This document shows positions 35,508-49,238 of a stretch of DNA of 64,000 nt, piece by piece (the stretch's first letter is position 1; each line of letters begins with the position of its first letter). Source of the stretch: Azolla caroliniana (Eukaryota > Plantae > Polypodiophyta); contig JBHGNT010000004.1 of assembly GCA_043228905.1 (NCBI GenBank), positions 3,534,001-3,598,000 on the forward strand, written 5' to 3'. The notes beneath the pieces were generated by a model, which ran no database searches, was not told the origin of the DNA, and worked only from the letters and a program-made list of their open reading frames with translations. The translations under genes were made by a program, and so were the position numbers.

Positions 35508-38500
35508 AGGATATCTGAAATCCGCTTCAACTCGCATTCTGGAGTCCGCGTCGACTCGTGTCGACTCGCATTTATGCGGAGTTGCGGAATCCGTGCTCCA
35601 GCTTGCGTTGTGCGTAGTTGCAAAGTTTGGGCTTCGGCGTGCGTCTTTCTTCGCGGCTTCGTTGCGCGGTTGCGGAATCTACGCGTTATTGCGATTGTGT
35701 AGTGTCTTGCGTACTACCCCTCAAGCTTGGCAGGTCAGGGAGCGTCAATCTGAGATCGGTCATGAATTGCCATAGCTTGTCGGCTCCTAAAGCTTTAGTG
35801 AAGATGTCGGCCGTTCTAAGATTGGTGCTAATGTGTTGTAGGTCGACATCGCCAGCTAGAACGCGCTCTCGGATGAAGCGATAGTGCACTTCGATGTGCT
35901 TTGTCCGCGCGTGGAACACCGGGTTCCAAGCCAAATCGATATTGCTCATGTTGTTGCAGTAAAGGGAAGTCGGATCCTTGATGGGTACGCCCAAATCCTT
36001 AGAAATCCTCTTGAGCCATACGGCTTCACACGCAGCTATGGTTGCGCCCCTGTATTCCGCCTCTGTACTCGAAAGAGCGACGGTAGGCTGCTTCTTCCTA
36101 CTCCAGGATATTGCTTCGCTGCCGAGGGAGAAAACAAATTCAGAGGTTGATCTTCTATCGGCTTTGTAGCCGGCCCAATCGGGGTCTGTGTACCCCTCGA
36201 GGCGTATTCGCATCACGGTCTTGTAGAGGATGCCGCAATCCATTGTGCCACTCACATATCGTAGAACTCACTTAGCGTAATCCAAGTGAGTATCACACGG
36301 TGTTTGCATGAATTGGCTGAGGAGACCGACCGGATAACTAAGATCAGGTCGAGTGATCGTGAGGTAGATGAGACTCCTGATGAGTTGCCGATACTGAGTC
36401 GGCTCACACGCTTTGGTGCCGGGTTCGCATCGAGTTTGAGATTGTGATCGAGCGGGGTTGCCGCGGATTTGCACTCAGCCATACCGAACTTGTATAACAA
36501 GTTGAGGATGTAGTGCCGTTGAGAGATCATGATTCCGGCCGGAGTTCGAATTACCTCGATGCCGAGGAAGTAGTGGAGCTCCATCATGTTTGTCATCTCG
36601 AACTTGTCGGAAAGGAGGGCTTTGACCTTATTGATGTCGATGAGATGCTCACCACCAATTACTAGGTCATCCACATATAAAATGATGACAATCGGACTTC
36701 ACTTTGTAAATCCATCTACATCCGATCGCCTTTTTGTGTGTTGAGATGGAAACGAGATCCCACTTCTCGTTCTTCCGTAGTGCCCGCATCTCCTCCTTCA
36801 TTGCTTCGATCCATCGCGGATCCTTCACGGCTTCCGAAAAGGTTTCCGGCTCCCGTACTGTCGCTACCTTCATCACAAAGGCGTAATGGTACGCCATATA
36901 ATCGTTGTAGCCAAATCAGCTTACGGGGTTCTTTTCACAGGTGGATCGGTAGAGTTTTTCATTTGCAGAGATGAGGGCTTTCTTAGCTCCGATTGGTACC
37001 TCGAAACTGCCGAACTCACTGTCGAGTGAGTGAGTCGACTCATCGTCGTTGAAGCGATCGTCTTCGCATTCCGACACTTTCGCCTTGCCTTTGTCCATCT
37101 TCGGGCTAGGCCGTGATGTGCTTTGATCGCTCGAAGGCTCTTGTGGTCCGCTCAGTCGGGTCGTGATCGGACTTTCTTCGAACATGCGTGTAAAATGATC
37201 TTCATCCTCTATCTCTTGTTCAGCGGATTTCGGGTCGAGCGGAGTCGGAGTCGAAGTTGTCTCTAGTGCGTACCAAGATGCGGACTCGTCAAAAACGACG
37301 TCTCGACATACTCGAGATTTTGTACCCCTTTTGCTCCAATGAGTATCCTACGAGGATACATTTCTCCGACTTTGGGTCAAGCTTTTGACGCTTCTCGTCG
37401 GGGATGTGCACGTACGCTATTGCACCGAATTGTCAGGAACTACACTTTCCCGATGAAACAACGCTCGGCCACAACTGAGCCTCGAATAAAACACAGAAAA
37501 CCGAGAATGAATGCAAGACACAGAGAAGAGAAGAGTACACAGGATGTTAACGTGGAAAACCCAAACTAGGGAAAAACCACGGTAGCCCACAGACTGCAAA
37601 CTATCGCTATATCACAATGATTACAACAATGAGCTCACGGAGGCAACGACCTCGTGCTCACGATCTTCGCCACAAGCGGCGGTTACAACAGAGGCAACGA
37701 CCTCTTCCTCTCTCTCTCTCTCTCTCTGTGTACACAGTTACGCGCCTCCTCTTGCACCAACAAGAATGACACTACAACTATATTCTCTGTTTGCCCTAAG
37801 TCATATTTATACTAATCTGACTTTTTGGCTATTTACAAATATAGCCCCGATGGACTCTCAGAAACATATTTACAAATATGTCCCTTCATCCGGTGAGCAC
37901 TTCTCACCGGGCCTTCACCATCCAGCTCTTGCCGGGTACTCCTCATCCGGTTCTCACCGGGTCTTCCGTAGCTGGGTACGCCTCATCCGGTTCTCACCGG
38001 GTCTTCCGTAGCCGGGTACTCCTCATCCGGTTCTCACCGGGTCTTCCATAGCTGGGTACGCCTCATCCGGTTCTCACCGGGTCTTCCGTAGCCGGGTACG
38101 CTTCATCCGGTTCTCACCGGGTCTTCCGCAGCTAGGTACTCTTTATCCGGTTTCGGCCTCGGCCGGGTTTCTCATCGGCACTGTTCTTCTCACTTCCCAT
38201 CCGGAGGGACCTGTTTCCTAACACGAATATCCGGGTGTACGATAAGTCCGGCTACTTTCTGAAGTATTTTTTGTGCGGAGTGACCTCGTGCACGCCGGAT
38301 GTTGTGCACCGGTTCATTAGGTAGACGGCCGTATTTGCAGCTTCGGCCCAATATGACTTGGGCATATGCTTCTCATTCATCATAGCCCGCGCTACTTCGA
38401 GGATATGCCGATTTTTGCACTGGGCTACCCTGTTTTGTTGTGGAGTGTGTCGGCAAGTGAATTCTCGCCGAATTCCTTCCTTTCGGAGATACGCCGTGAA

Positions 38501-40586
38501 ATCGTCCGAGAAGTACTCCTTGCCACCATCCGATCGAAGACAACGTACATGTCGGCCCTTCGCTTTCTCGACTTCATTCTTGAATGTTTGGAAGTGTCCG
38601 AACACTTCACTCTTTTGCCGTATCGGGTAGATCCAAGTGTGCCTAGAGAAGTCGTCGATGAAGAGCACGTAGTATCGGCATCTGCCGAATGTAGCCGTCT
38701 ACGCCGGTCCCCATACGTTGGAATAGACTACGTCGAGTAGACCTTTGCTCACGTTCCGCTCTTTCAGGAATGGGTGTCAGTGTTGCTTGCCGAATTGGCA
38801 TGCTTCACATACACCTTCAATCTCCTTCTCTTTGAATGTCGGGAGTCCGATGACGACTCCTTTCGATTTCATTGCTTTGAGCTTTTGCATATTTATATGG
38901 CCAATCCGCTTGTGCCATAGCTTGTTGGAGTCGGCTTTCGTGCTTTTTGTGAACATGGCAGATTTCATCTCGTGTGAATCGAGAATGAACATCCGGCCCT
39001 CTCTTCTTCCGCGCACGATGATTCAGCCCTCTTTTTCGATGAAGCACCCTTCTTGGTCGAATCGTACTTGCATCCCTTGCTCAACCATTTGGCCAACCGA
39101 GACCAAATTCTTCGTGATGGTGGGAACATGCAAGACATTTTTAATGTATGTTTGCTTACCTCTTTCGCCGAACGGAACATTGCCGATGTGCCGAATCGGG
39201 TGCGTAGTGTCATCTCCGGTTTCGACATAACCGGGCCGCTCCGGCTCTCAAAGTTCAAGAAACCATTCTTTGTGGGATGTCATATGGTTTGAGGCTCCGG
39301 AGTCAACAAACCATACGTCCTCCAGATTGAGGGCACTAGTTGAGGTAGAGGCCGACATAGAGTTTGCTCTATGTTTCATCATGAACATTCCGCCACGATC
39401 GGAGTTGCATGCATACATTCCGCCACAATCTTCGTAGTCGGAGTTGTTCCCGTACATTCCACTATACTCTTCGTAGTCGGAATCGTGCGCATAATTCGTG
39501 AGTTGTTGGCTTGTGGAAGCCGATTCACGCATCTTCTTTCGGCACTCTTCTTCGTGGTGGCCGAGCTTTCCGCAATATCTGCATTCGGTTGCGTTTTGAC
39601 GGCTCGGGCCGGAGTGGAAGCTCCCCCTTCTTGCGAAGGTTCCTCGTTGACTTCCATTTTGCGGCCGAAATTGTGAGTTGTTATCGTAGGTCGGACCTCG
39701 TCCGCCTTGTCCTTGGCCGAATCGGCCTCTCGACCTTCCGCATCCTCTTCCTCCATTCGAGTGCGTGTAGAGCATGTGGCCTTCTGATTCATTGCTCCTT
39801 GTACGCACGTGGTTTTCTTCGACCAATAGCATTGATTGGAGCTTGAAGGAGGGAGATTTCTCCCGTACTAGAATGGCAGTTCACATCGCGCCGAACCGTG
39901 GTGTGAGGCCGCCGAGGCATATTTGCACCATCTCATCATCATCAATACTTACGCTTATTGATCCAAGTGAGTCGCAAAGCTCTTTGATCTTCAAGGTGTA
40001 TGTCGTGATGGACATGTCCCTTTGTTGAATGTTGTTCAACTCTTGGCGGAGTTGAAGCTTCCTCGCGGTCGTGTTGGCGGCGAAAATCTTTCGTAGATTT
40101 TCCCACGCTTCCTTCGGCGTCTTGGCTTCTAGAATGTAATCGAGCAATGTGATCGTGAACACATGTCGCCAAGCAATACATCACGCGGCTTGCAGCTTAC
40201 TCCCATGTCGCGTATCCGGGAGCCGCTTCGGCGGGTCGGTCTTCATGCGCTCCTTTGATGTAGCTCCAATAGCCTTGTCCGACAAGGTATTGGTGCATCT
40301 TGTACTCCCACGATGCGAAGTTGTTTCGATCCAACTTCTTGGTAGGGAGAGCGCCCCCCATTTGAGTATTCATTATGTTGATTCTTCTTCTCTCTTCGAA
40401 TGCGAGCTATGTAGCGAAGTTACGATAGCGATGAGCCGGTTCTTGGTCGTCAGCGTGGAGCACAACACACGATCACGATGAGGCGAATGGGCTAGATCGA
40501 GCTACCAAATCGCTCTAATACCTTGTAAAGAACCAAGAGATGGATTCTTGTGAAGCGGAATAGGTGTGAACTATGTGTGTGTGTAT

Positions 40587-40634
<48 letters not shown>

Positions 40635-40928
40635 CAGAGTATACGCAAGGTTAAGTATATTAACAAAGGAGAAAGACACAATCCTATACAAGGTGGGAGG
40701 AGGAGGGTGCTTTATGTAGTCACCCTCTCTCTTCATGAACTACAAGACTCATGGAGCATGGGGAATGTGAAAGCTCATAAGTTATGTGTCATAGAATATG
40801 GTTCTATGACTCATACTAAATGAGAGAATACAAAGTGGTGACTTAATGGTGACTCTTGACCGTTGGATTGTCTATTCACTCTCAAGGTGAGTTCACACAC
40901 TAAACCAAGTTGAGCTTGATTCTCAACA
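35508..40928 (-). mobile_element. Degenerate Ty1/Copia element G; 5' LTR 40524-40928, 3' LTR missing
   Basis: PBS-like gctctaatacc at 40512-40522; gag TTARKLQLRQEL, CRYCGKLGHHEEEC, WFVDSGASNHM, WHKRIGH, RSDGGKEY, KKAIGCRWIYK, TEAEY, HARTKHIEVHY; RT partly deleted; many stops and frameshifts. Confidence 0.9.
37431..38223 (-). mobile_element. Solo LTR of a Tnt1-like Copia, with 40-bp tandem repeats (about 37940-38150)
   Basis: TGTCAGG...CCTAACA; 5-bp TSD CGAAT (37426-37430, 38224-38228); similar to the 16550 LTR in reverse orientation. Confidence 0.92.
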
Positions 40929-43900
40929 TGTCATGCCCTGCGACGACGTCCAGTACGCTATCAGTGAATGGCAAAGGGAATGCATCTGTAATGATTATGG
41001 CGTTTAATTTTTGATAATCCACGCATACTCGTATTTTGCCGTTTTTCTTTGGAACGACTACTATCAGACTTAACCATGTGGCTTGTTTAACTGGCCGTAT
41101 GAATCCTGCCTTTAGGAGTTTGTCAATTTCTTCTTTTACGCGGGTCGTGTAGTTTGGGTTCATGTGGTAGCGACGCTGTTGGATTGGTTTTGCATCGGTT
41201 GCTAAATTAATCTTATGTTGATAGAACTTAGGATCTAACCCCTTCATGTCCTCGTGAGCCCAGGCGAACACATCTTTATATTTCTTGAGTAGGTCGATCA
41301 TCGCGTCTCGCTGGTCCGTCCTTAATTCTTTTGCGATAGAGAGGAAATGGGGTTCTAACGCCGTACCCACGTTTACTTCTTCTAGGGCTGAGGCGGTGAC
41401 TCTTCGTGAAATTTCCATTTCCCTCTCGAACGTTGCCCGTGCTCTGCTTAGTTCTAATATTGACTCCGGGTTTGGTTCGTAAGCCTCGTCATGGAGAGTA
41501 GTGGCCGTGGCATATTTTGCCGTTGTTGCGATGACGTCGATTTCAAACAACAGAATAATCCGAGGGTGCTCGTCAAGGTATGGCTCTAATTCTGCATCAT
41601 CCACCCCAGCCAGCATATATATATCTTCCGCGTATAATGGTGTTATACCCTTGGATTGTGTCGCCCTTTCCTCCGTTGGTACGCGAATCTTGGTGCGCCC
41701 GTGTCGAAAACGGATACACTTGTGTTGCCAGCTCTGCTTGATATTCGTTGCACAAAGCCACGGTCTGCCCAACAGCACAGGGTACGCCCCTAGGGCGTCC
41801 AGGGCGAGGACTACCGCCGAGATGTCGAAGCGATGTCCTCCCACGATAATACCTATCTTGCATATCAACCCCAATGGTCGTACTGAGCGGGTATCTGCCA
41901 TACGGAGCCAAAACGGGCAAGCCTCCCATTCTGAAATGCCAACTGCTCGCATGTTTTCACGCTAATTACATTAACGCGCAAGCTGCCATCGACTACGCAT
42001 CTTGGGATTTCCTGACTGTGTAATATCAACGTAATAGCCGGGTTGTGGTGATCCACTATAGACGATCTGTCGCTAACGTCCGTCAAAGTCGTAGCGACGC
42101 TCACCTCGGGTATGCCCGTCACCCGTTCTTCCATGGTCTAGCGAAAGCGCGGAACTAGTTGCAGCAGCTTCTCCATGGTTAACATTATCTCGCAACCTGC
42201 CAGTGCTTGCCAAATGGGGTCTGGGGCCAGTCCTTCGTCCTCCCCTAGCTCCATCGTTTTCGCGGACTCCTTCCGCATGCATTCCGTATTTGTCGCGTTT
42301 GCTTTTTCAACCCATGCCTGGGTTGTTCGTCGTATCTCATCTTGCGCGGCCCAATTAGCCGTTTTTGTTTGCTAACGTGTCGTGACGTTGTAATCGTATT
42401 GACGGCAAGCCCCTTGCCCTTACATACTGCACATTGCGTGGCATAATGTCCGGGCTGCTGACAGACAAAACAATGGATGCTAGATTCGCCCTTCTCGGCT
42501 CTTGGTGGTGTGTGTCAATCCGCCGATGCGACTTGCTCCTCACGGTCCGGCTTCGTTTGCCGGAGCGTACGCGGTGGTTGCAGTTGGTCCCGACGTGATT
42601 CTTGGTGCCGGTCATTGTCTGAGCTTTCGTCATATTGCCGGTGGTCCCGATATTGCCGCTGCTTTCAACGAGGTCCATTGAAGCCGCCACGTTTGTTTGT
42701 CGGCCGGGCATTCTCATAGTGCCGGCCCCCTCTCGCATATCTAGGGGGACCACGGTAGTCCTCCTCCTCTGGCTCGTCTTCCTTGGAATCGTTGTGATTC
42801 CGGAAATTCCGGTAGTGCCGGTCGTCACGTGGGTTGTGATCCATATACCGTGGTCGGTCGTCTTGACTTCTTTGTTCAGTACAGCCTGGGGGACGTTGTG
42901 TGTCCATGTTGCGTACTGTGGGAGCGGCTCTGTTCAGCATATTGTATTCACACTACTCAACTATGTGAGTCTTCGAGTGACAAATTGGGCAGTGGATTTG
43001 CATGTTGCACTCCATTGCGGAATGCCCCGAATTCAAGCAAATCATGCACTGGATTGCTTGACGAAAATGCCGTTCCTTGTCCTAAGGTAAGGCTTGTCGT
43101 AAAGAGGACATAGAAAACCTTTCCTCTTCGTCATCCAGCTCGAGTTGTAATGCTCATTCGATGACCATATCCGCCATTTCCCCTTTCACGCTACTGTTGT
43201 TGAGCGTTGTCTGTATGGGTCAGCGTAATGCCACCAGAAATGTCTCCCAAGCCTCATCCTCCGCAAGGCCCCGTTCTAGTTTCTATCGTAAGTTTTGGAA
43301 ACGTAAGCTAAAATCTACGATCGTCTCAGTTGGCAACTGCGTAATTGTGTAGAACTGTCCGAGGATTTCGCGTTGTGGAACCCTCCGATGGAAGAACCGC
43401 AAAAAGGCGGACTGCAACTGGTCGAAGGTTGTGATTGCGGCCAGATCCATTTGTGAATGCCAAAATGCCGCTCGCCCATCCAATGTTAATCCGAACTCCG
43501 TCATTTGGGATTGGTGCGCGGCCGCCTCAGAAAGGCTCTGCGCCATGTGGTTTGCATTCCAGACATTGAGGAACAAGCGAATGTGGGTTGCGGCGTCGGT
43601 TTTGCCGTTAAAGCGGGGATAGGCAAAGGCCATGTTGGGGGCTAGTATGGGCAGGGAAAGACCACAGTGCGGTTGTGGTGAGCGTGCTTCCCACGTATCG
43701 TCGAAGTATTTGGAGATCGGAAAATCACCTTTGTGGTCCCGACAGGTATTGTTGAGGCCGTTGAGGTGAGGCTTCTGTCGTGCACGTTCCTCTGCCTGTC
43801 GTGTGAGGGACCTTGCGATTGGCCGGTCTGGTCATGTTGGTTCTCTGGGGCGTCGGTGGCTAAACATCCATTCGTCGTTGTTCGTCTGTGAAAAGACACA

Positions 43901-44886
43901 GATCACCAAGCGTGCCAAAAGTGTTACCGACTAGGAACACGGTCTACAGTCAGTCCTTCGACCTAGACTTCCAAGGGACTGTGTGACAACGAATGGTAGC
44001 GGAGCACGCGTAATACTTAGTGGGATATTCTCTGTAACCTAGCATCGTATAAGGGAGACGGCTACAGCCGAGCTCCTTTGACAGTGGGCTAGCGCACACA
44101 CCATTACTTACTCCTACACTCTCAGATGTTACAAGAACATAGTAGATTAGTCGTAGCTACACTCAGATATCAGAGACGATAGAACTCTATTACAATACGC
44201 CTCTTACATTCAAAATTACACGCTCCCTCTATCAGAGATTTTCTTCCCTTTATATACGCAGGGTCTTTTAGCCGTTCACGCTTCCCGCGTGAACCGTTAC
44301 ATGCGTTACAATCATAGATTGACATATTCGCATTCGTGGGCATTCCCATTCGAATGCAAACGAATACGAATAAGAATGGGAAGTCAAGTATTCCTGTTTT
44401 TTTTTTTTTTTGAGAAAAAGTGTATTCAAAGAGTATGAACAAAGAACGGTCTACAGGGAGCAGAGAATAGCTAAAACAGCGAACAGTGAACGACGAACAG
44501 CCTACAACGAGTAGTGAATCGTGATAGGTACCGTGAAGGCAGAAAATTAGGGTTCGGCTATGTCCTTGTCTCTTCTATGCGATGCCTAATTCTCACCTCC
44601 TCTTGCATCTTGTCCCCTAAAAATTAGGGTTTGGCTGAAATTGATGTTGATGTCACTTTGAAATCAGTAAGTCTCTCTTCTCGATTCTCATCTATTTCTT
44701 CTTTATTCAAGCTTTTGTTCAGAAATTATGTTTGATGATTGAGATTATGTTTCCCTTGTATCTCATGTTGAATTTTTTTATGTTACATCAGATTAATCTC
44801 TCCCAAAATCAGTGGAAGGTAATTAGCTTATTAACAGGGTGAAATTTCTATTGATTATTGACACTTCCAGAGGTTAATTTACTAAA

Positions 44887-46944
44887 ATGGTGAAGCAAAA
44901 GGCCTTTGAATGGGATCATGTGACCATTGTGCAAAAACCTGATAAGGGTATGCCCGTTGTTCAATGCAAACATTGCCAACATGTATTTGTTGGTGGCCCC
45001 TTCCAAATTAGAGCTCACCTATTGGGCACGAAAGGTTTCGGTGTTGACAAATGCCGTCGAATTGATGCTATCAAAAAAGCTGAAGTACAAAAAATGATAT
45101 CTAATACTAGTTATGCAAATGTTGATGTCAATGGGGGATCATCAATGAAATGCAATGCTGAAAAAAGTAGTGCAAATGTTGATGTTGTGGAGTCAACATC
45201 TATCAATGAAATGCTTTCATCATCTTCTGTCAATGCATCAACAAATAAAAAGATGAAAGTAGACAATGGTGAACCCTTGAAAGTGTCATGGCAAAAACAA
45301 CTTGATAAAAATGTTGATGAAGCTATTAGGAGGTTTTTTTTTGTAGAGGATGTACCAGATGTAAAAGCGGGAAGTGCATATTTTCATGACCTAATAAAAG
45401 CCATAGCACTTGTTGGGCCTTCTTATAAGCCACCATCTCTTAATCAATTACGTAGAAGGCACTTGAATGAAGAGGTGAATTATGTTAAAAATGAGATTAT
45501 CCGAATTAGAGAAAAATGGAAAATTGTTGGATGTACGATTGTAAGTGATGGTTGGTCAGATACAAAGAATAGACCTATAATTAATGTCATGGCTACTTCG
45601 GCATATGGCACTGTGTTTTTGAAATCAATTGACACTAGTGGAGAATGTAAATCAGGAGAGTATATTTTTAAGATTTTGAAAGAGGTTATTCTTGATATTG
45701 GCCCATCAAATGTTGTGCAAGTTTGTATGGACAATGCAACAAATTGTGTGGCAGCTGGGAGGATGATAGAAAAAGAGTGGCTCATGATCTTTTTTACTAG
45801 ATGCACATGTCATTGCCTTGATTTGTTGTTTGAAGATATTGGAAAATGTGCTTGGGTTCATGATGTTATGAAATTAGCTACAAAGCTAATCGTGTTTATA
45901 ACACGAAAACAACATTCTTTGGCAATGTTTCGTAAGTTTAGTGAGAAAGAATTGTTAAAGCCTTCCACTACTAGGTTTGCCTATAGTTTTATCATGCTTT
46001 CAAACTTATTGGATGATAGAGTCAAAGGGGGATTAAGAAGAATGGTGGTTAGTGAACAATGGTGTCAATGGAAAGGATCGAAAACACAACAAGGAGAAGA
46101 AATAGTTTCAATTGTACTTGATGCTTCCTTTTGGGCAAATATGAAGAAGATAGTAAAGATATGCAAGCCAATCCTAAAAGTTCTTAGATTGGCGGATAGA
46201 GAAGGAGCAACCATGGGTTTAATTTATGAATGTACTCAACATATGATAGAAGAAATAAACCACATTGAAGATGTAGATCATATAATGCTTGATGAAATTA
46301 AAGAAATATGTATGCAAAGATGGACAATGTTACAATCACCATTACATGCAACCGGCTTTATTTTGCATCCAATTTGGAGAGAAAAAATTCAAGATATTGA
46401 TGATAAGGTTAATACAAGTTGGATGGAAACTATTATGCGTTATACCAATGGTGATATAAATCTATGTAGTGTTTTATTGAATGAATTCTTTGCTTATAGA
46501 ACTCAAGAAAAAAGTACATTTCAAATTCCTATGGCAAATGATCCAACTATGATGCATAATGCAATTAAGTGGTGGGAAACATTTGGAGCATGTACTCCAA
46601 ACTTAAAAAGGCTTGCAATTCGTGTGCTTTCTCAAGGTTCATGTGCATCTTCTTGTGAAAGAAATTGGAGCACATTCTCATCGATACATACAAAAAAAAG
46701 AAATAGATTGACTCATGCTCATGTTCAGAAATTGGTTTATATACATACAAATCATAATCTCATTAGAAGAATAAGGGAAACGGGATTATGCCTCAATGAA
46801 GTAACATTGGATATGATCAACAAAGAAGATGATGATGAGAGGCTTTTGAGAATGCAAAACCAAGCTATTAATGAAAATGACGAAGTCAATGAGGATATTA
46901 TTGATGAGCTTGAAGATATGGATGATGAATATGATAGTGCGTAG
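44887..46944 (+). CDS. hAT transposase, 685 aa (BED zinc finger, DUF659/RNase H-like core, hAT dimerisation domain)
   Basis: W.H...CKHC...IRAHL; CTIVSDGWSD; VVQVCMDNA; CTCHCLDL; TTRFA; WWETFG..TPNLKRLAIRVLSQ..CASSCERNWS; KRNRL. Confidence 0.95.
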   Translation: MVKQKAFEWDHVTIVQKPDKGMPVVQCKHCQHVFVGGPFQIRAHLLGTKGFGVDKCRRIDAIKKAEVQKMISNTSYANVDVNGGSSMKCNAEKSSANVDVVESTSINEMLSSSSVNASTNKKMKVDNGEPLKVSWQKQLDKNVDEAIRRFFFVEDVPDVKAGSAYFHDLIKAIALVGPSYKPPSLNQLRRRHLNEEVNYVKNEIIRIREKWKIVGCTIVSDGWSDTKNRPIINVMATSAYGTVFLKSIDTSGECKSGEYIFKILKEVILDIGPSNVVQVCMDNATNCVAAGRMIEKEWLMIFFTRCTCHCLDLLFEDIGKCAWVHDVMKLATKLIVFITRKQHSLAMFRKFSEKELLKPSTTRFAYSFIMLSNLLDDRVKGGLRRMVVSEQWCQWKGSKTQQGEEIVSIVLDASFWANMKKIVKICKPILKVLRLADREGATMGLIYECTQHMIEEINHIEDVDHIMLDEIKEICMQRWTMLQSPLHATGFILHPIWREKIQDIDDKVNTSWMETIMRYTNGDINLCSVLLNEFFAYRTQEKSTFQIPMANDPTMMHNAIKWWETFGACTPNLKRLAIRVLSQGSCASSCERNWSTFSSIHTKKRNRLTHAHVQKLVYIHTNHNLIRRIRETGLCLNEVTLDMINKEDDDERLLRMQNQAINENDEVNEDIIDELEDMDDEYDSA

Positions 46945-47050
46945 AGGCTTTTGAGAATGCAAAACCAAGCTATTGATGGAAACAATGAAGTCCATGAGGA
47001 AATTATTGATGAGCTTGAAGATATGGATGATGAATATGATAGACTATAGT
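46838..47050. repeat. ~105-bp tandem duplication of the transposase 3' end
   Basis: agaggcttttgagaatgcaaaaccaagctatt...gatgaatatgatag occurs twice back to back. Confidence 0.9.
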
Positions 47051-47420
47051 GCATAGGCTCTTAAATTTAAAAGTGTTAATTAGAATTTAGAACTTAGAAT
47101 TTAGAAATTAGAATCTAATGGTTTATAAACTCTTTAGTTAACTTTTCTTATGCCCATGTGATTTTAAATGCCTTTTGTATTTCTATTAATGAGTGATTGT
47201 TGTTTTTTTAGTGAATTAATTCATTTTTATTATGTAAATTTATTTTAAAAAACGAATGGTTTTCTAATATTCTTGGGGCCATTTTCTATTCTCGAATATT
47301 GAGAATATGGAGAATGGCGAATATGGCGAATACGACGCATGTGTCAATCTATGGTTACAATATTATACTATTCCGTATTCCTGTGTTCTTGTCTGTCAGT
47401 TACTATTCCGGCGGACAACA

Positions 47421-49238
47421 GATTCGATGAGATCTTTGCCCCAGTAGTAAAGATGACATCCATCCATACGGTCTTGGGCATAGTGGCAAGCATGGACCTC
47501 GAAGTAGAGCAATTGGATGTCAAGACGGCACTCCTACACGGAGACCTCGAAGAAGAGATCTACATGCATCAACCGGAAGGATTTGAGAAGAAAGGGAAGG
47601 AGCACCTGGTGTGCCGGCTGAAGAAGAGCTTATACGGACTGAAGCAAGCTCCCCGGCAATGGTATCGGAAGTTTGACTCCTTTATGACCGATCAAGGGTA
47701 CCACAAGACGCAGACCGATCACTACGTGTTTGTGAAGAAATTTGATGGAGGAAATTTCCTGATATTGCACCTGTATGTGGACGACATGTTGATCGTCAGA
47801 GAGACCAAGTCAAGATACGGATACTGAAGAAGGCCCTTAATTGGACCTTCTCAATGAAAGACTTGGGTCCGGCAAGACAGATACTGGGGATGCACATCAT
47901 CTAGGACCGGTCGAAGAAGCAATTGTGGTTGTCACAGGAATAGTACGTGACAAAGGTGCTTCAGCGGTTTAACATGTCAGAGGCAAAACCGATCGGATCA
48001 ACACTCGCGGCAAACTACAGATTATCAGGTAAGCAAAGCCCGAAGTCAAAGGCAGAGAAGGCAGATATGATGAAGATTCCATATGCCTCTGCGGTCGGGA
48101 GCTTGATGTACGCAATGGTGTGTACTCGACCGGATATTGGATACACAATCAGAGTGGTGAGTCGGTTCATGACCAACCCCGGAAAAGAGCATTGGAATGC
48201 GGTAAAATGGATACCCCGGTACTTGAAGGGCACTTCGAGTATGTGCCTCCGATTCGGCTCTGGTAAACCCCTCATGGAAGGATTTATCGATTCCGATATG
48301 TCGGCTGATGTGGACACCAGCCAGTCAACTTTCAGATATGTCATGACCTATGCAGGGGGAGCCGTTTCGTGGCAGTCGAGGCTGCAGAAGACGGAGGCGG
48401 AGTACATGGCAGTCGTGGAAGCCGGCAAGGAAATATTATGGATGATGGACTTCATCGGAGAGCTAGGATCCGGCAAGAGGACGCGGCATACCATTCCAGA
48501 ACGAAGCACATCTAGCGTAGGTACCATTGGATCCGGGAGCGAGTTGAAGATCGAGAGTTCGTGCTGACGAAGATCCACATGGAGGAGAACAGGTCAGATA
48601 TGTTGACCAAGGTGCTAACACCCGACAAGCTGGACGCATGCCGGAAGCGGATTGGACTTACAAGACATCCCATACCAGAGTGAAGGGGGAGATTGTTGGG
48701 AAATCGGTCTCTCTGGATGGGATCTAGTGATGAATAAAGAGAACTCGGTGAGAACCGAAAGAGATCCGGAAACCGGAGGAGACCCGGTGAGAACCGGAAG
48801 AGAAGATAGATTTGTAAATATGACTTGAATATGCCCATTGAGGCTATATTTGTATTTATAGCCCTAAGTTCATATAACTATAAATATGACTTATGGCAAT
48901 CACTTGTGTGTGATTGTGTTGTTGTCATATTGTTGCAACTGTTGTACAGAGAGAGAGGGAGAGAGAGAGAGAGAGATACAGAGTGATACTCTGTTGTAAC
49001 CGCCATTGTGCGAAGAAACAGAGGTCGAGGTCGTTGCCTCCAAGTCTCTGATTGTATCCCTTCTCTTCATAGTGATAGTTCGGAGTCTGTGGGCTCCTGT
49101 GGTTTTTTCCCTATTAGGGTTTTTCCACGTAAACATCATGTGTCATTTTTCTTGTGTACTCTCCACTTCCCATTTCTGTGTTTTGATTCTTATAGAAGTG
49201 ATTTACTACTCGATTGTGACCGAGCGATATTCCGCGCA
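47421..49238 (+). mobile_element. 3' half of a Tnt1-like Copia (I): RT-RNase H, PPT, 3' LTR 48694-49238
   Basis: FDEIFAPVVKMTSI...YVDDM...YASAVGSLMY closely parallels the 17279 ORF but has stops and frameshifts; PPT gaagggggag. Confidence 0.9.

Larger units (their letters stand above)
44313..47353 (+). mobile_element. Autonomous hAT DNA transposon, apparently intact
   Basis: TIR CATAGATTGACA / TGTCAATCTATG; perfect 8-bp TSD GTTACAAT (44305-44312, 47354-47361); subterminal CGAAT/ATTCG repeats; single transposase ORF. Confidence 0.96.
40929..47420 (-). mobile_element. 5' half of a non-chromovirus (Tat/Athila-like) Gypsy H: gag, knuckle, protease, RT start; 5' LTR 43922-47420 split by a hAT
   Basis: YPRFNGKTDAATHI, CFVCQQPGHYATQC, CVVDGSLRVNVI, YPVLLGRPWL, IVVVPKKNGKIRVCVDYQKLN, DAFPLPF; degenerate tRNA-Arg-like PBS (caccaagcgtgcca on +) near 43904-43917. 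Confidence 0.85.
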
